Positions 25,100-36,396 of a stretch of 64,000 nucleotides of DNA are shown one piece after another. The position numbers and the translations under genes are program-made. A model generated the notes under the pieces. It worked only from the letters and a program-made list of their open reading frames with translations. It searched no databases and was not told the origin of the DNA. The stretch is from Octopus vulgaris (lineage: Eukaryota): assembly GCA_951406725.2 (NCBI GenBank), contig OX597827.1:60822001-60886000 (forward strand), written 5' to 3'. Each line of letters opens with the position of its first letter. Within the stretch, counting starts at the first letter, position 1.

Positions 25100-25611
25100 C
25101 TAGCAGTATCACCCGGCGTTGCTCGGGTTTGTAAGGGAAATAACTATATAAGCATTTTTAGAGAGTTACTTCCCTTATAGATGCCAATTCGGGCTTCCTT
25201 AGCCATTTCTGTTTTGGTTCTTCAAGCCATGAAGTCGTTGTTCTAAAAGAACGCTGGTCTCCTTGACAACGCTTTACGACGTTGATTTCCTTACACTCCC
25301 TTCCCCACAGCTTCACGAGGGAGGGAAGAAGGGGGAGAAGCAAACAGGTGCAGGTGTGACCATGGACGCCAACTCCGTCGCCATCGACACACGAAAAATT
25401 GTGCATTAAAATGGAATAAAAAATGATGTTAAATTATTTTTAAAATTGTAGACTCATCGTAGACGCGCGCTAATACTCAGACGGGCTCGATATGAATCAC
25501 GACTATAAGATACCCGAATTTGGTTAAACTGCACCGCAAAATGTGGGAGTAGTTAGGAATCTAAATCGAAGGGGACAGACACTCACACAACTAGAGTTTT
25601 ATATATATAGA
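25100..25611 (-). mobile_element. Non-autonomous Helitron, same termini as 13731 with a different interior
   Basis: Same 3' hairpin and CTAG, and a shared ~190-bp 5' block (GTAGACTCATCGTAGACGCGCGCTAATAC..). Confidence 0.8.
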
Positions 25612-26133
25612 TATACAAACACAATATTGTGAAATATTTAAATATATTTTACACAAACACATACACACACACACACAAACATTCACATTCCTCCCTTTAA
25701 CACACACACGCATATACTCACAGAGCTGAAGAGCAGTTTGATTTTTGTTTCACTGTTGACTTTTCACCACCCCACTTCCATTGGTGGATCACCCCTTCCT
25801 TTCTCATTCGTATGTTATATCAGAGAAATGCACAATGACTATTATTAGGAGATTATTATAGTAGAAGATACATGACGCTCTCTTTGCCACTTCCTCTCTC
25901 TCAATGCTATCACTTTCTCTCACTTCCTTTCAGTCATGGCCATTACTCTCACTACTTCTCCTTCACTGAATTACTATTTTCTCTCCTCTTCCTTCACCAT
26001 CTACTCCTGTATAATTATGGACAAATATATATATATATATATATATTCTTCTACTTTTACTACTTCCGTCTTTTAGTATGTGACCTCGTCTGTATCACTA
26101 GCGATTTTTTTCCCCTGTCTTCCCTTCTCCTAT

Positions 26134-26168
26134 GTTTCCGACGAAGAGCTCCGCTCGAAACGTCAAAC
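26134..26168 (+). ncRNA. 35-nt minimal hammerhead motif (U4C core)
   Basis: GTTT / CCGACGA-A / GAGC-TCC-GCTC / GAAA-CG-TC / AAAC. ACGT palindrome, GUC site; lies in a ~230-bp module between (TA)n tracts. Confidence 0.65.
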
Positions 26169-26266
26169 CCTCCTTCTTCCCTTCTTTCCTGAGCGTCCAA
26201 TAATACTTTATTTGTTCCATGTCCTTGCGTTGTTGTTTTTTTGTTTTTGTTTTCTTGTTTGGATTA

Positions 26267-26320
<54 letters not shown>

Positions 26321-26990
26321 CAAATATATAAAACACTATGCTCATTATTATAGTAGGAGATAATAACAATAATGATAATAATAATAATAATAATAATAAT
26401 CCTTTCTATTATAGGCACAAGGCCTGGAATTTGTGGGAGTGGGATAGTCAATTACATCGACCTCAGTACTTGACTGGTTCTTAATTTATCGACACCAAAA
26501 GGATGAAAGGCAAAGTCAGCCTTGCAGAATTAGAATGTAACAACAGGCGAAATACTGCTACGCATTTTACCTGGTGTGCTAACGTTTCTACCAGCTCACC
26601 ACCTTAACATGCTAACAATTCTGCCAGCTCACCCCCTTTATAATAATAATAATGGTTTTAAGTTTTGGCACAAGGACAGTAATTTCGAGGGAGGCATAAG
26701 TCAATTACATGGACCCCAATATTTGACTGGTACTTAATTTATCGATCCTGATTTTGATATATCTTTTTGCCTTCTTTTTTTAAACGTTTTACTTGTTTCA
26801 GTCATTAGACTGCAGCCATGCTGGGGCACTGGCTAGAAGAATTTTAGTTGAACAAATTGACTGCCATGCAGTAGGACTGAACCTTGAACTGTGTGGTTGG
26901 GAAGCAAGCTTCTTACCACACAGCCACACTTGTGCCTACATATATATATATGATGATGATGGTGATGATGGTAGACAGTTCATCAGTGTC

Positions 26991-27448
26991 TGATGATGAT
27001 GATGAAGTCTGTGTTCAGTGATGAGAATGCATGAAGCACACAGGCGCCACAGGTGTCACAGCAATAGTCTAATGATTGGATTGAGGCAGATGCTGCCTTG
27101 TGATGTCTTTCTCTTACAGCATTGAGATGTTGTCACCTGTCCTCTCTGAAGACAGCTGCTGCTCATGAGGTGAGAGTCCTCAACACTGATCTGCCTGCAG
27201 CAGAGGCTTTAAGTTTGCATGGGCTAATGCTGCTCTGTTTCAGGTTACTTTTCAGAGTGTCTTTGTACCTTAGTTTAGGAATTCCTCATTTGCATGAGCC
27301 CTGCATAAGCTTGCCATACAACAGATGCCTAGATACACGGTTGTCACCCATTCCGATGACATGGTCAGTCCAGCATAACTGAGCCTTCAGTAACATTGAC
27401 TCAATGCTTGTTGAACAAGCTCTGTCCAGCACTTCTTGGTTTGTCACA
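26991..27448 (-). mobile_element. RTE (BovB-like) LINE 3' fragment
   Basis: NQEVLDRA..SIESMLLKAQLCWTDHVIGMGDNRVSRHLLYGKL, GIPKLRYKDTLK; (TCA)n tail. Confidence 0.8.
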
Positions 27449-28105
27449 GTGTGTGTGTGTGTAAAGGTGCATGGCTCAGTGGTCAGAGTATTGGGCTCAC
27501 AATCATGAGGTACTGAATTCGATTCCCAGACCAGGCTGTGTTGTGTTCTTGAGCAAGACATTTTATTTCAGTTTACTCAGCTGTAGAAATGGGTTGCAAT
27601 GTCACTGGTACCAAGCTGTATTGGCCTTTGCCTTTCCCTCGAATAATATCGATGACATTGAGAGGAGAGGCTGGTAAGCATGGGTGACTGCAAGTCTCCC
27701 ATAAACAACCTTGCCCAGACTTGTGCCTTGTAGGGTAACTTTCTAGGTGCAATCCCATGCTCATTCATGACTAAAGAGGGTCTTTACCCTTTCTACACAC
27801 ACATGGTGGGTTTCTTTCAGTTTCAATCTACCAAATCCACTCAGAATGCTTTGGTCAACTCAAAACTATGACAGAAGACATTTGCTAATGGTGCCACACA
27901 ATGGAATTGAAACCAAAACTATGTGGTTGGGAAGCAAACTTCAAAGCCACACTGTTGCACTGATGCCTAAGCAATGAAAAACCACTTAATCTCTAACATT
28001 TGAAGGTAATAAGCCTAAAACTTATAATCTTAACTATCAATCTCAAATAATCAATATATAGATTATCAATATATATACATCATTAATCATTCTACCCCTT
28101 ACATT

Positions 28106-28159
<54 letters not shown>

Positions 28160-30275
28160 TACATATATAGGTCAACCTACCTACAACTAACAGCCAAATA
28201 TCCATAAAAATTATACTCTATTAACTAAAAAAAAAAGAGGTGGGGAGGTCACATAAGATAATAGATATAATACTATGTCTATAAATAAGATGAGATGGTC
28301 AGAACTTGACTGTCTTTTATTGTAGATCTACTAGATCAGAGCTGATCTGGAGTCAAGTAACAACACAATACATAAGAACCAAAATGGAAGACTATATACA
28401 GTTGCTTGACCTAGTAAAGGTAGCAGCCAAATCCCCTTTTAGTCTCTTAACTGTCTTGAAAATGACACAACACACTGGATGTCCTAGATGCACTATGTCC
28501 AAATGAAAGGTGTGATTGTCACAGCTGGAATATCTTTGGTTTTAACAATTCTTTCTATGACAGCCACAAGGCCTGAAATTTTGGGGAATGGAGGGTAGTC
28601 AATAACACCAAGACTAGTACTTCACTGGTACTTTAATAAATCGGCCCCAATAGGATGAAAGGCAAAACTAACCTCAGTGCAATTTGAACTCAGAACATAT
28701 AGAACTGGAAGAAATGCTGCAAAGCATTTTGTCTATAGTGCTAACAATTTTCTCAACTCACCAAAAAATTTTAATTGTTTAAATTAATTTATGTGATTAA
28801 TTAAAATTACCTGGCTGCCACATTTTACATACCATTTCTGCTTCATGACTACGTTTTTGTATAGTTTTTATAAGCACAGGCATGGCTTCATGGTTAAGAA
28901 ATATACCTAGCAATTACATGATTATGGGTTCAGCCCCACTGTGCGGCACCATAGGTAAGTGTCTTCTTCTACAGCTCCAGCTGACTGTTGCCTCCTGAGT
29001 AAATCTGATAGGTGGAAAATATGCAAGTCCATCATAAAAGTGCATATATATTCTCTTTTACTCTTTTACGTGTTTTAGTCATTTGACTGTGGCCATGCTG
29101 GAGCACCACCTTTTAGTCGAGCAAATCGACCCCAGGACTTATTCTTATGTAAGCCCAGTACTTATTCTATCGGTCTCTTTTGCCGAACCGCTAAGTTATG
29201 GAGACATAAACACACCAGCATTGGTTGTCAAGCGATGTTGGGGGGACAAACACAGACACATACATATATGTCTACCAAATCCACTCACAAGGCTTTGGTC
29301 GGCCCGAGGCTATAGTAGAAGACACTTGCCCAAGGTGCCACGCAGTGGGACTGAACCCGGAACCATGTGGTTGGTAAGCAAGCCACTCCTACACCTGTAT
29401 CATATATCATCATATATCATATATCATACATATATCATCATCATCGTTTAACATCCGCTTTCCATGCTAGCATGAGTTGGACGATTTGACTGAGGACTGG
29501 TGAACCAGATGGCTGCACCAGGCTCCAATCTGATCTAGCAGAGTTTCTATAGCTGGATGCCCTTCTTAACACCAACCACTCCAAGAGTGTAGTGGGTGCT
29601 TTTACGTTCCACTGGCACGAGGGCCAGTCAGGTGGTACTGGCAACAGCCACGCTCAAATAGTGTTTTTTACATGCCACCTGCACAGGAGCCAGTCCAGTG
29701 GCATTGGCAACGACCTCACTTGAATGTTTTTTTCACATACCACCAGCACAAGTACCAGTAATGCGACACTGGTAACGATCACACTCAAATGGTGCTCTTA
29801 GTACTCCACTAGCACGGATGCCAGTTATATATGTGTGTGTGTGTGCACGCGCGTGTGTGTGTGTGTGTGTCTTTGTGCCCTCTCACACATCTGCTATTTG
29901 ACAACCAGTTCTTGGTTGCTTTCGTCCCCATAACTTAGCAGTTCGGCAGTACCAGACTTAAAAAAAAAAAAATACTGGGGTCAAATCGTTCTACTAAATT
30001 CTTCCATCTACCAAATCCTGCTGTGGGGTTGAACCCGAAACCATATAGTAGCAGTGTGTGTGTGTGTGTGTGTGTGTGCAATAAAAGAGGGAAACAGAAA
30101 ATGGAGTTAGCAAGAATCTTTATTCAACACAACAATTGTTTCAACTCATCCTGCATCTGTTGCTTACAGGTGTGATATATTTGCACTGCTAGTTGTGTTG
30201 TGTCCATCAGTGCAGGCTGCATCCCATCACGTGTCTCGTTTTAAATAAGATACTTCACTACATATACTGAGATCT

Positions 30276-30547
30276 GGAGGCACATGGCCTAGTGGTTAGA
30301 GCAGCGGACTCGTGGTCGAGGGATCGCAGGTTCGAATCTCAGACCGGGCGATGTGTGTGTTTATGAGCGAAACGCCTAAGCTCCACGCAGCTCCAGCAGA
30401 AGGTAATGGCGAACTTCTGCTGACTCTTTCGCTGCAATTTTCTCTCACTCTTTCCTCCTGCATCTTGCAGCTCACCTGCGACAGACCGGCGTCCTGTCCA
30501 GGTGGGGAACCTATATGCCAAGGAAACCGGGAAACTGGCCCTTATGA
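30276..30547 (+). mobile_element. tRNA-derived SINE with V-domain-like segment; second copy 38729-38997
   Basis: A-box TGGCCTAGTGG, B-box GGTTCGAATC, CTGCGAC.GACCGGCGTCCTGTCCAGGTG segment. Confidence 0.75.
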
Positions 30548-31316
30548 ACAAACAACAATATACTGAAATCCACTTGGTATGTTGTGGTTGCCCGTAGGAT
30601 GTTGGCTAATACACATGACAAGATGCCGCCTGCACTGACAAATGCATCACAAGTAGCCATGCAATATCTCACCAATAAGGGACAGATGCCGGACAGGTCA
30701 AAATGATCGTTATGTTGAATAAAGAGTCTTGCTAACTCCATTTTCCATTTCCCTCATTCATTATAAGCTCAAAAAACACTGCAAAATTCCTGACACAGAT
30801 CTAGTGACAATTATATCATAACCATGGATGACATTAGGTAGCCTAAATGGTGTAAGTACTTTAATTGGCATACTACTAAAAATATACCAAATAATTATAT
30901 ATATATATATATATATGGTAGCATGTTTTAGTATATACCTTGTTGCCAATGCAGTTGTATCTAATGCAACAACTATTCTATTTCCATTACACCTGACACT
31001 CAGGTGAACTCATTCTTTTGCTATCCACTCGAGCAACCACTGAATCTTAATTTAGTCACCTAATCATTAGAATATATCATTCATAAACATAGTACACCAG
31101 TGAAATCATTGGCGCACAACAAATCTCTGTTCCCGATTGTTAGTCACAAACTTGAAATTTTTATTCTCAGTAATGGCGTCCTATTTTTGTTCCTCCACTC
31201 ACAGCCAATAAATATGACCTACATGTGTGTGTGTGTGTGTGTGTACACACATTCAAATACTCATACTTACATAGAGACAGAGTATATATGTATACATATT
31301 ATATATATATATATAA

Positions 31317-31484
31317 GGCGCAGGAGTGGCTGTGAGGTAAGTAGCTTGCTAACCAACCACATGGTTCCAGGTTCAGTCCCACTGCGTGGCACCTTGGGCA
31401 AGTGTCTTCTGCTATAGCCCCGGGCCAACCAAAGCCTTGTGAGTGGATTTGGTAGACGGAAACTGAAAGGAGCCTGTCGTATAC

Positions 31485-31522
<38 letters not shown>

Positions 31523-31730
31523 TTGTGTCTGTGTTCGTCCCCCTAGCATTGCTTGACAACCGATGCTGGTGTGTTTACATCCCTGTAACTTAGCGGTTCG
31601 GCAAAAGAGACCGATAGAATAAGTACTGGGCTTACAAAGAATAAGTCCGGGGTCGATTTGCTCGACTAAAGGCGGTGCTCCAGCATGGCCGCAGTCAACT
31701 GACTGAAACAAGTAAAAGAGTAAAGAGTAA
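31317..31730 (+). mobile_element. Abundant tRNA-derived SINE with internal (TA)/(TG) spacer; other copies 6785-7187(-), 11185-11580(+), 13140-13516(-), 20993-21558(-), 29052-29395(-), 40712-41109(+), 50833-51228(+), 62840-63360(+)
   Basis: A-box TGGCTGTGTGG, B-box GGTTCAGTCCC, CORE-like ACCTTGGGCAAGT, tail GACTGAAACAAGTAAAAGAGTAAA; many similar copies. Confidence 0.9.
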
Positions 31731-32186
31731 TATGATTTTGATTTTGATTTTGATTTTTCCAGTTTCAGCTAATGAGCTGTGGCCATGCTGGGGCACCGCC
31801 ATTTATATATAAATTAGGAAAAAAACACCTTTTATCAATTCAATATTGAAAAATTAAATTATACCATTTAGAAAAATTACGTATTACAGAAAAATTAAAT
31901 ATAAGATTAAACATATAACAATGATTAAGTAATATATACGTTTTATTTATTTATTTATTTTTATTTATTATTTTGCACATTACTTAATCATTGTTATATG
32001 TTTTATCTTATATTTAATCTTTCTATAATATGTAATTTTTCTAAATGGTATAATTTAATTTTTCAATATTGAATTGATAAAAGGTGGGTTTTTCTAATTT
32101 AAATATATATATATCATATTTTGTGAAATTTGATTTAGTATTTCTAAATTGAATTTTTCCCTGTAAGTTTGGAATAATATTCCCTT

Positions 32187-32225
<39 letters not shown>

Positions 32226-32912
32226 ATATTTCGGAATGGTCATATTGCCAGTTTAGCCAATAAAAACACACGCACTATATATTTGGTGTTATTTTGCTTC
32301 AGTGATATTTATTATTTACATTAATCTTAATCTTATTTCGGCCAAAGTTCTTTCGTCACACTCCTGTGACCGCATCAGTGGTCCTTTGTTTTCTTCTCAC
32401 TTACTTGTGTCTCTCCTTACTAACCGTCAGCCATTTTGTATTTCTATTGTATGTCTTCATTTGCGCATGCTTATATCTCTATGTGCGTCTATGTTTATTT
32501 AGTGTGTGTGGGGGGGATGTCTGTAATATTTGTATCTTCTGGTTATATACATTCTTGTAATTTGTATTTTGTTTTTGTTGTTGTTGCTTTTGTTCTAATT
32601 TTGTTCATGTGTTTACATCCACCCATTATTATCATTACATATGTTTGTATGTATGTATAACAACAATATTAGTAATAATAATAATAAATCTAATCGAGAA
32701 AAAAAAAAAAAAAAAAAAAAAAAGAATATACATATACATATATATATATATATATATACATACACATACATATACATATATATATATACATATATACACA
32801 CATATATACACATATACATATACATATATATACACATATACATACACATAGATATTCATTTCTATTTCTTTAATTACCTGTGTATTTATTATGTTTGCAG
32901 GATCCACTATTG

Positions 32913-33400
32913 TCATATGTTGTGGTGTGCGCTATTGCTCCATTCTAGTTTTCTATTCAGGCTAGGTTTATTTTCTATTATATGTGTAGCTTCTGTAATT
33001 TGTCTAATTGTTGCATCTGTTCTATGTGTGGACAATATCTTAATCTCTATGTTATTGATTGATCCCCCGTGTTCTTGTTCGGCGTGTTGGTACAGAATCG
33101 ATGAGCTTTTACCTTCCTTGAGTTGTCTCCAATGTTCATTCACCCGCTCACCAATGCTTCTTGCAGTTTCCCCTACGTATGTTACTGTCTTGTTACTGCA
33201 TCGTCCCTCTATACATCTTATACTATAGACCACATTTCTGGCTTTACAGTTCGTTTGTGGGCTAAATCTACATACAGTGCAATAGTTATCCGTACAGAGA
33301 GTTCTACTAAAAGGATAGGTTCTACCAATTATAGATCTGATAGGGTTGCCTGGCTTTTCAACAACCTTAATTCTTAGTTTAAGTTTATCTAGGGTCCTTC
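32913..33400 (-). pseudogene. Penelope-like C-terminal fragment: Cys-rich linker plus GIY-YIG endonuclease
   Basis: Frame is open from the pLTR junction: ..[79 protein letters not shown]. Contains the VVY/YVG, R, H, E and N motifs of GIY-YIG; the RT domain is missing. Confidence 0.9.
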
Positions 33401-33583
33401 TAAATTACAAGAATGTATATAACCAGAAGATACAAATATTACAGACATCCCCCCCCACACACACTAAATAAACATAGACGCACATAGAGATATAAGCATG
33501 CGCAAATGAAGACATACAATAGAAATACAAAATGGCTGACGGTTAGTAAGGAGAGACACAAGTAAGTGAGAAGAAAACAAAGG

Positions 33584-33626
33584 ACCACTGATGCGGTCAC
33601 AGGAGTGTGACGAAAGAACTTTGGCC
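33584..33626 (+). ncRNA. Hammerhead-like motif in Penelope pLTR (A9C core); identical reverse copy at about 32340-32382
   Basis: CCA / CTGATGC-G / GTCAC-AGGAGT-GTGAC / GAAA-GAAC-T-T / TGG. Same layout as the 14411 motif. Confidence 0.5.
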
Positions 33627-33801
33627 GAAATAAGATTAAGATTAATGTAAATAATAAATATCACTGAAGCAAAATAACACCAAATATATAGTGCGTGTGT
33701 TTTTATTGGCTAAACTGGCAATATGACCATTCCGAAATATAACAATATCTGTTTCAACACACGACTTCACATAAAAAATCTTGCACAACAAATATTTAAA
33801 C

Positions 33802-33836
<35 letters not shown>

Positions 33837-33940
33837 CACACACACATATATATACATAATTGTTAAAGAGGACAACTAGCGTTAAGGCAAGGCAAAGATC
33901 TCAAGTCATATACATTACTATTATTGGAAAAATATTCAAA

Positions 33941-33996
33941 GTCTTACAGCTGTTTCAGGAATATCCCAGAGTATGGGATATTCCATCATCGGAGAC
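33941..33996 (-). ncRNA. Type I hammerhead motif (U4C core, 11-bp stem II)
   Basis: GTCT / CCGATGA / GGAATATCCCA-TACTC-TGGGATATTCC (T-T mismatch at base) / GAAAC-AGCT-GT-A / AGAC. Confidence 0.7.
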
Positions 33997-34624
33997 AAAT
34001 AAGGAAAATGAGAAGGGTATAGATTAATGCAATGAAGATGTAGAGGACAGGATTAAAGGAATAAGGAAATGAAGAAAGAGAAGAAAAAAGAAGTATGAAA
34101 GTTCACAGTTCAACTTTCCGATCTTGTAGTAATAAGTCCTTAGGTACAATCCTACATAAATCCATGTGGGTTAAAGTCCTGATATTGTAAACCTCCAGAA
34201 AAGAGATGCGAACATATCAACATTCAGTAACAAATATATATCTGCTGCATCGGAAATCTGCAATGGCTCCATAACTACAGTCTCGGCTATAACCTTGGAG
34301 CCCTAGTAATCCATTGCAGCACTTACCTAGCGTACCTAATCCTTTAGTTCACCTGTGAACTAAACACCCATATTTTGTATGTATGTGCATATATATACAC
34401 AAAATTAAGAGGAATGACCACTAAAGTGGATACCTAATATGCTAAACATAGACGTCAAATCGCCGTTACCACGATTTGACATCTATATTTAACATATTAG
34501 GTGTCCACTTAGTGGTCATTCCTCTTAATTTTGTATGTAACACAATTTTTAATCTTCAGATATTTTAAATATGCTAAGCCACTGGTTTTAATTGAATAAT
34601 ATCAATTTCTACCCTTATTATTTA

Positions 34625-34671
<47 letters not shown>

Positions 34672-34768
34672 ATCCAGACATGAAAACACAAAGAGAAACC
34701 ACAACGATGCGAGGACGTGGAACAAGTATAGTGTTATTGGATGCTCAGGAAAGAAGGAATGAAGGAGG

Positions 34769-34803
34769 GTTTAACGTTTCAAGCGGAGTTCTTCATCAGA
34801 AAC
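34769..34803 (-). ncRNA. Minimal hammerhead motif, same family as 26134, stem II eroded
   Basis: GTTT / CTGATGA-A / GAAC-TCC-GCTT / GAAA-CG-TT / AAAC. Flanks 34668-34860 are homologous to 26080-26270 in reverse. Confidence 0.55.
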
Positions 34804-34897
34804 ATAGGAAGGGAAGACGGAGGAAAAAAATCGCCAATGGTACACACGCGGTCACACTTTGAATATATATATATTTATAAATATATACTTATGTTTT

Positions 34898-35114
34898 CGA
34901 GGAGGTTCTGAAAAGTTCCTGGCTTTGGTTAAAAGAAAATACAAGAGGATCAGTTAATTATGATTTTATTCAACATATTCCCCTCTCAGATTCACACACT
35001 TACTGCAGCATTCCTTCAAGCTTTCTAAGCCCTATCAAAGAACTAAGAAGGTTGGGCCTCCAACCAGGCCTTATATGATACCCTGAAAGCCAGGAACTAT
35101 TCAACACCCCCTCA
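34898..35114. mobile_element. Mariner-type MITE
   Basis: CGAGGAGGTTCTGAAAAGTTCCTGGCTTT .. AAAGCCAGGAACTATTCAACACCCCCTCA imperfect TIRs. Confidence 0.7.
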
Positions 35115-35284
35115 TATGTACAGGCATGGGTGTGTGGTAAAAAGTTTACTTCTCAACCATACGATCTTGGTTTCAGTCCCAGTGTACAGCACCTCGGGCA
35201 AGTGTCTTCCACTATAGCCTCAGGTCAACTGAATCCTTGTAAGTGGTTTCAGTAGATGGAAACTGAAAGAAGCCTGCTACATGC

Positions 35285-35925
35285 ATGAAGAATACTGAAA
35301 GCCTAATAATCACTGCCCAAGACAAGGCATTGATTACCAACTCAGTACAAAAGAATATATACCACACAAGTGCAACGGACCTCTGCAGAATGTGCGGGAA
35401 GAGGTTTGAAAGCGTGACACTGTTAGTGCTTGCGAAAGTCTTGTGTAGACAGAGTACAAGCACAGACATGACAAGGTAGCCCAAAACCTCCACTGGCTAC
35501 TATACCGTAAATATGGATGAGGTCACGGGTGCTTGGTACCAACTTACACTGGAAAAGGTAACAGATGAAAAGTGAAAGGCAAAAATCCTCTGCAACTTTG
35601 ACTTCCAGACAGACACGGTATTAGAGCACCGAACCTTTAGGAGAGACAAACAAGAGTGCCTAATAATTGACGTGGCAGTGCGAGGAGATCAACATATCAT
35701 CATGAAAGAAAGAGAAAAGGCTGATAAATATGGAAACCTGAGAATTGAGATTAAATTGTGGCAGCTACGAGAGTCAGACATAAAGGTTATCTCTATTGTC
35801 ATCGGAGCATTGGGTTTAATATCACTCAATCTGAAAAATACATCTCAAACTTAAGAAATACCCTACAATCTAGTTGGCATTACTTGGAACTGCATGCATA
35901 TTGCATAATGTACTATCTGTCTGAG
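35285..35925 (+). mobile_element. R4/Dong-clade LINE C-terminal relic (Zn knuckle plus restriction-like endonuclease)
   Basis: TESLIITAQD..CRMCGKRFESV, then LIIDVAV, KEREKADKY and IVIGALG; frameshifted. Confidence 0.8.
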
Positions 35926-36359
35926 GTCCTTGTTGTGACTTGACAAACAGTACAAACCCCCAGCAGATACAATATCTGTTTCTTTACTGCCCACAAGGGG
36001 CTAAACATAGAGGGGACAAACAAGGACAGACAAACGGATTAAGTCGATTACATCAACCCCAGTGCATAACTGGTACTTAATTTATCGACCCCGAAAGGAT
36101 GAAAGGCAAAGTCGACCTCGGTGGAATTTGAACTCAGAACGCAACGACAGACGCAATACCGCTAAGCATTTTGCCCGGTGTGCTAACCTTTCTGCCAGCT
36201 CGCCACCTTAAGACACAATATCTTTAACCCTTTCGTTACCAACCCGGCCAAAACCAGCTCTGGCTCTGAGTACAAATATCCTGTTTTCATAAGTTTTGAA
36301 TTAAAATCTGCCACCAAACTTTAGTCACAATTTATGTTCCTAACACAAGCTGCTACTGC

Positions 36360-36396
<37 letters not shown>

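Larger units (their letters stand above)
32218..33748 (-). mobile_element. Young 5'-truncated Penelope-like element (probably Neptune group) with inverted pLTRs 32218-32563 and 33402-33748
   Basis: The arms are reverse complements with one G-run indel seen by eye. They enclose an open GIY-YIG reading frame and are flanked by (TA)n. Confidence 0.9.

Noticed and set aside
30125-30240. Additional hammerhead on minus (GAAACAATTGTT)
   Set aside because: No intact CUGANGA-like core with matching stems; too degenerate to call.
30276-30350. tRNA gene (A and B boxes, anticodon-like arm); also 38729 and 42727
   Set aside because: No proper acceptor stem or T-run terminator; each continues into a repeated SINE body.
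32609-32916. ORF-track proteins rich in YI, CV, HT or poly-L/K (also 11321, 23877 N-terminus, 26080, 55220-55639, 60909, 62944-63295)
   Set aside because: Translations of microsatellites and SINE bodies.
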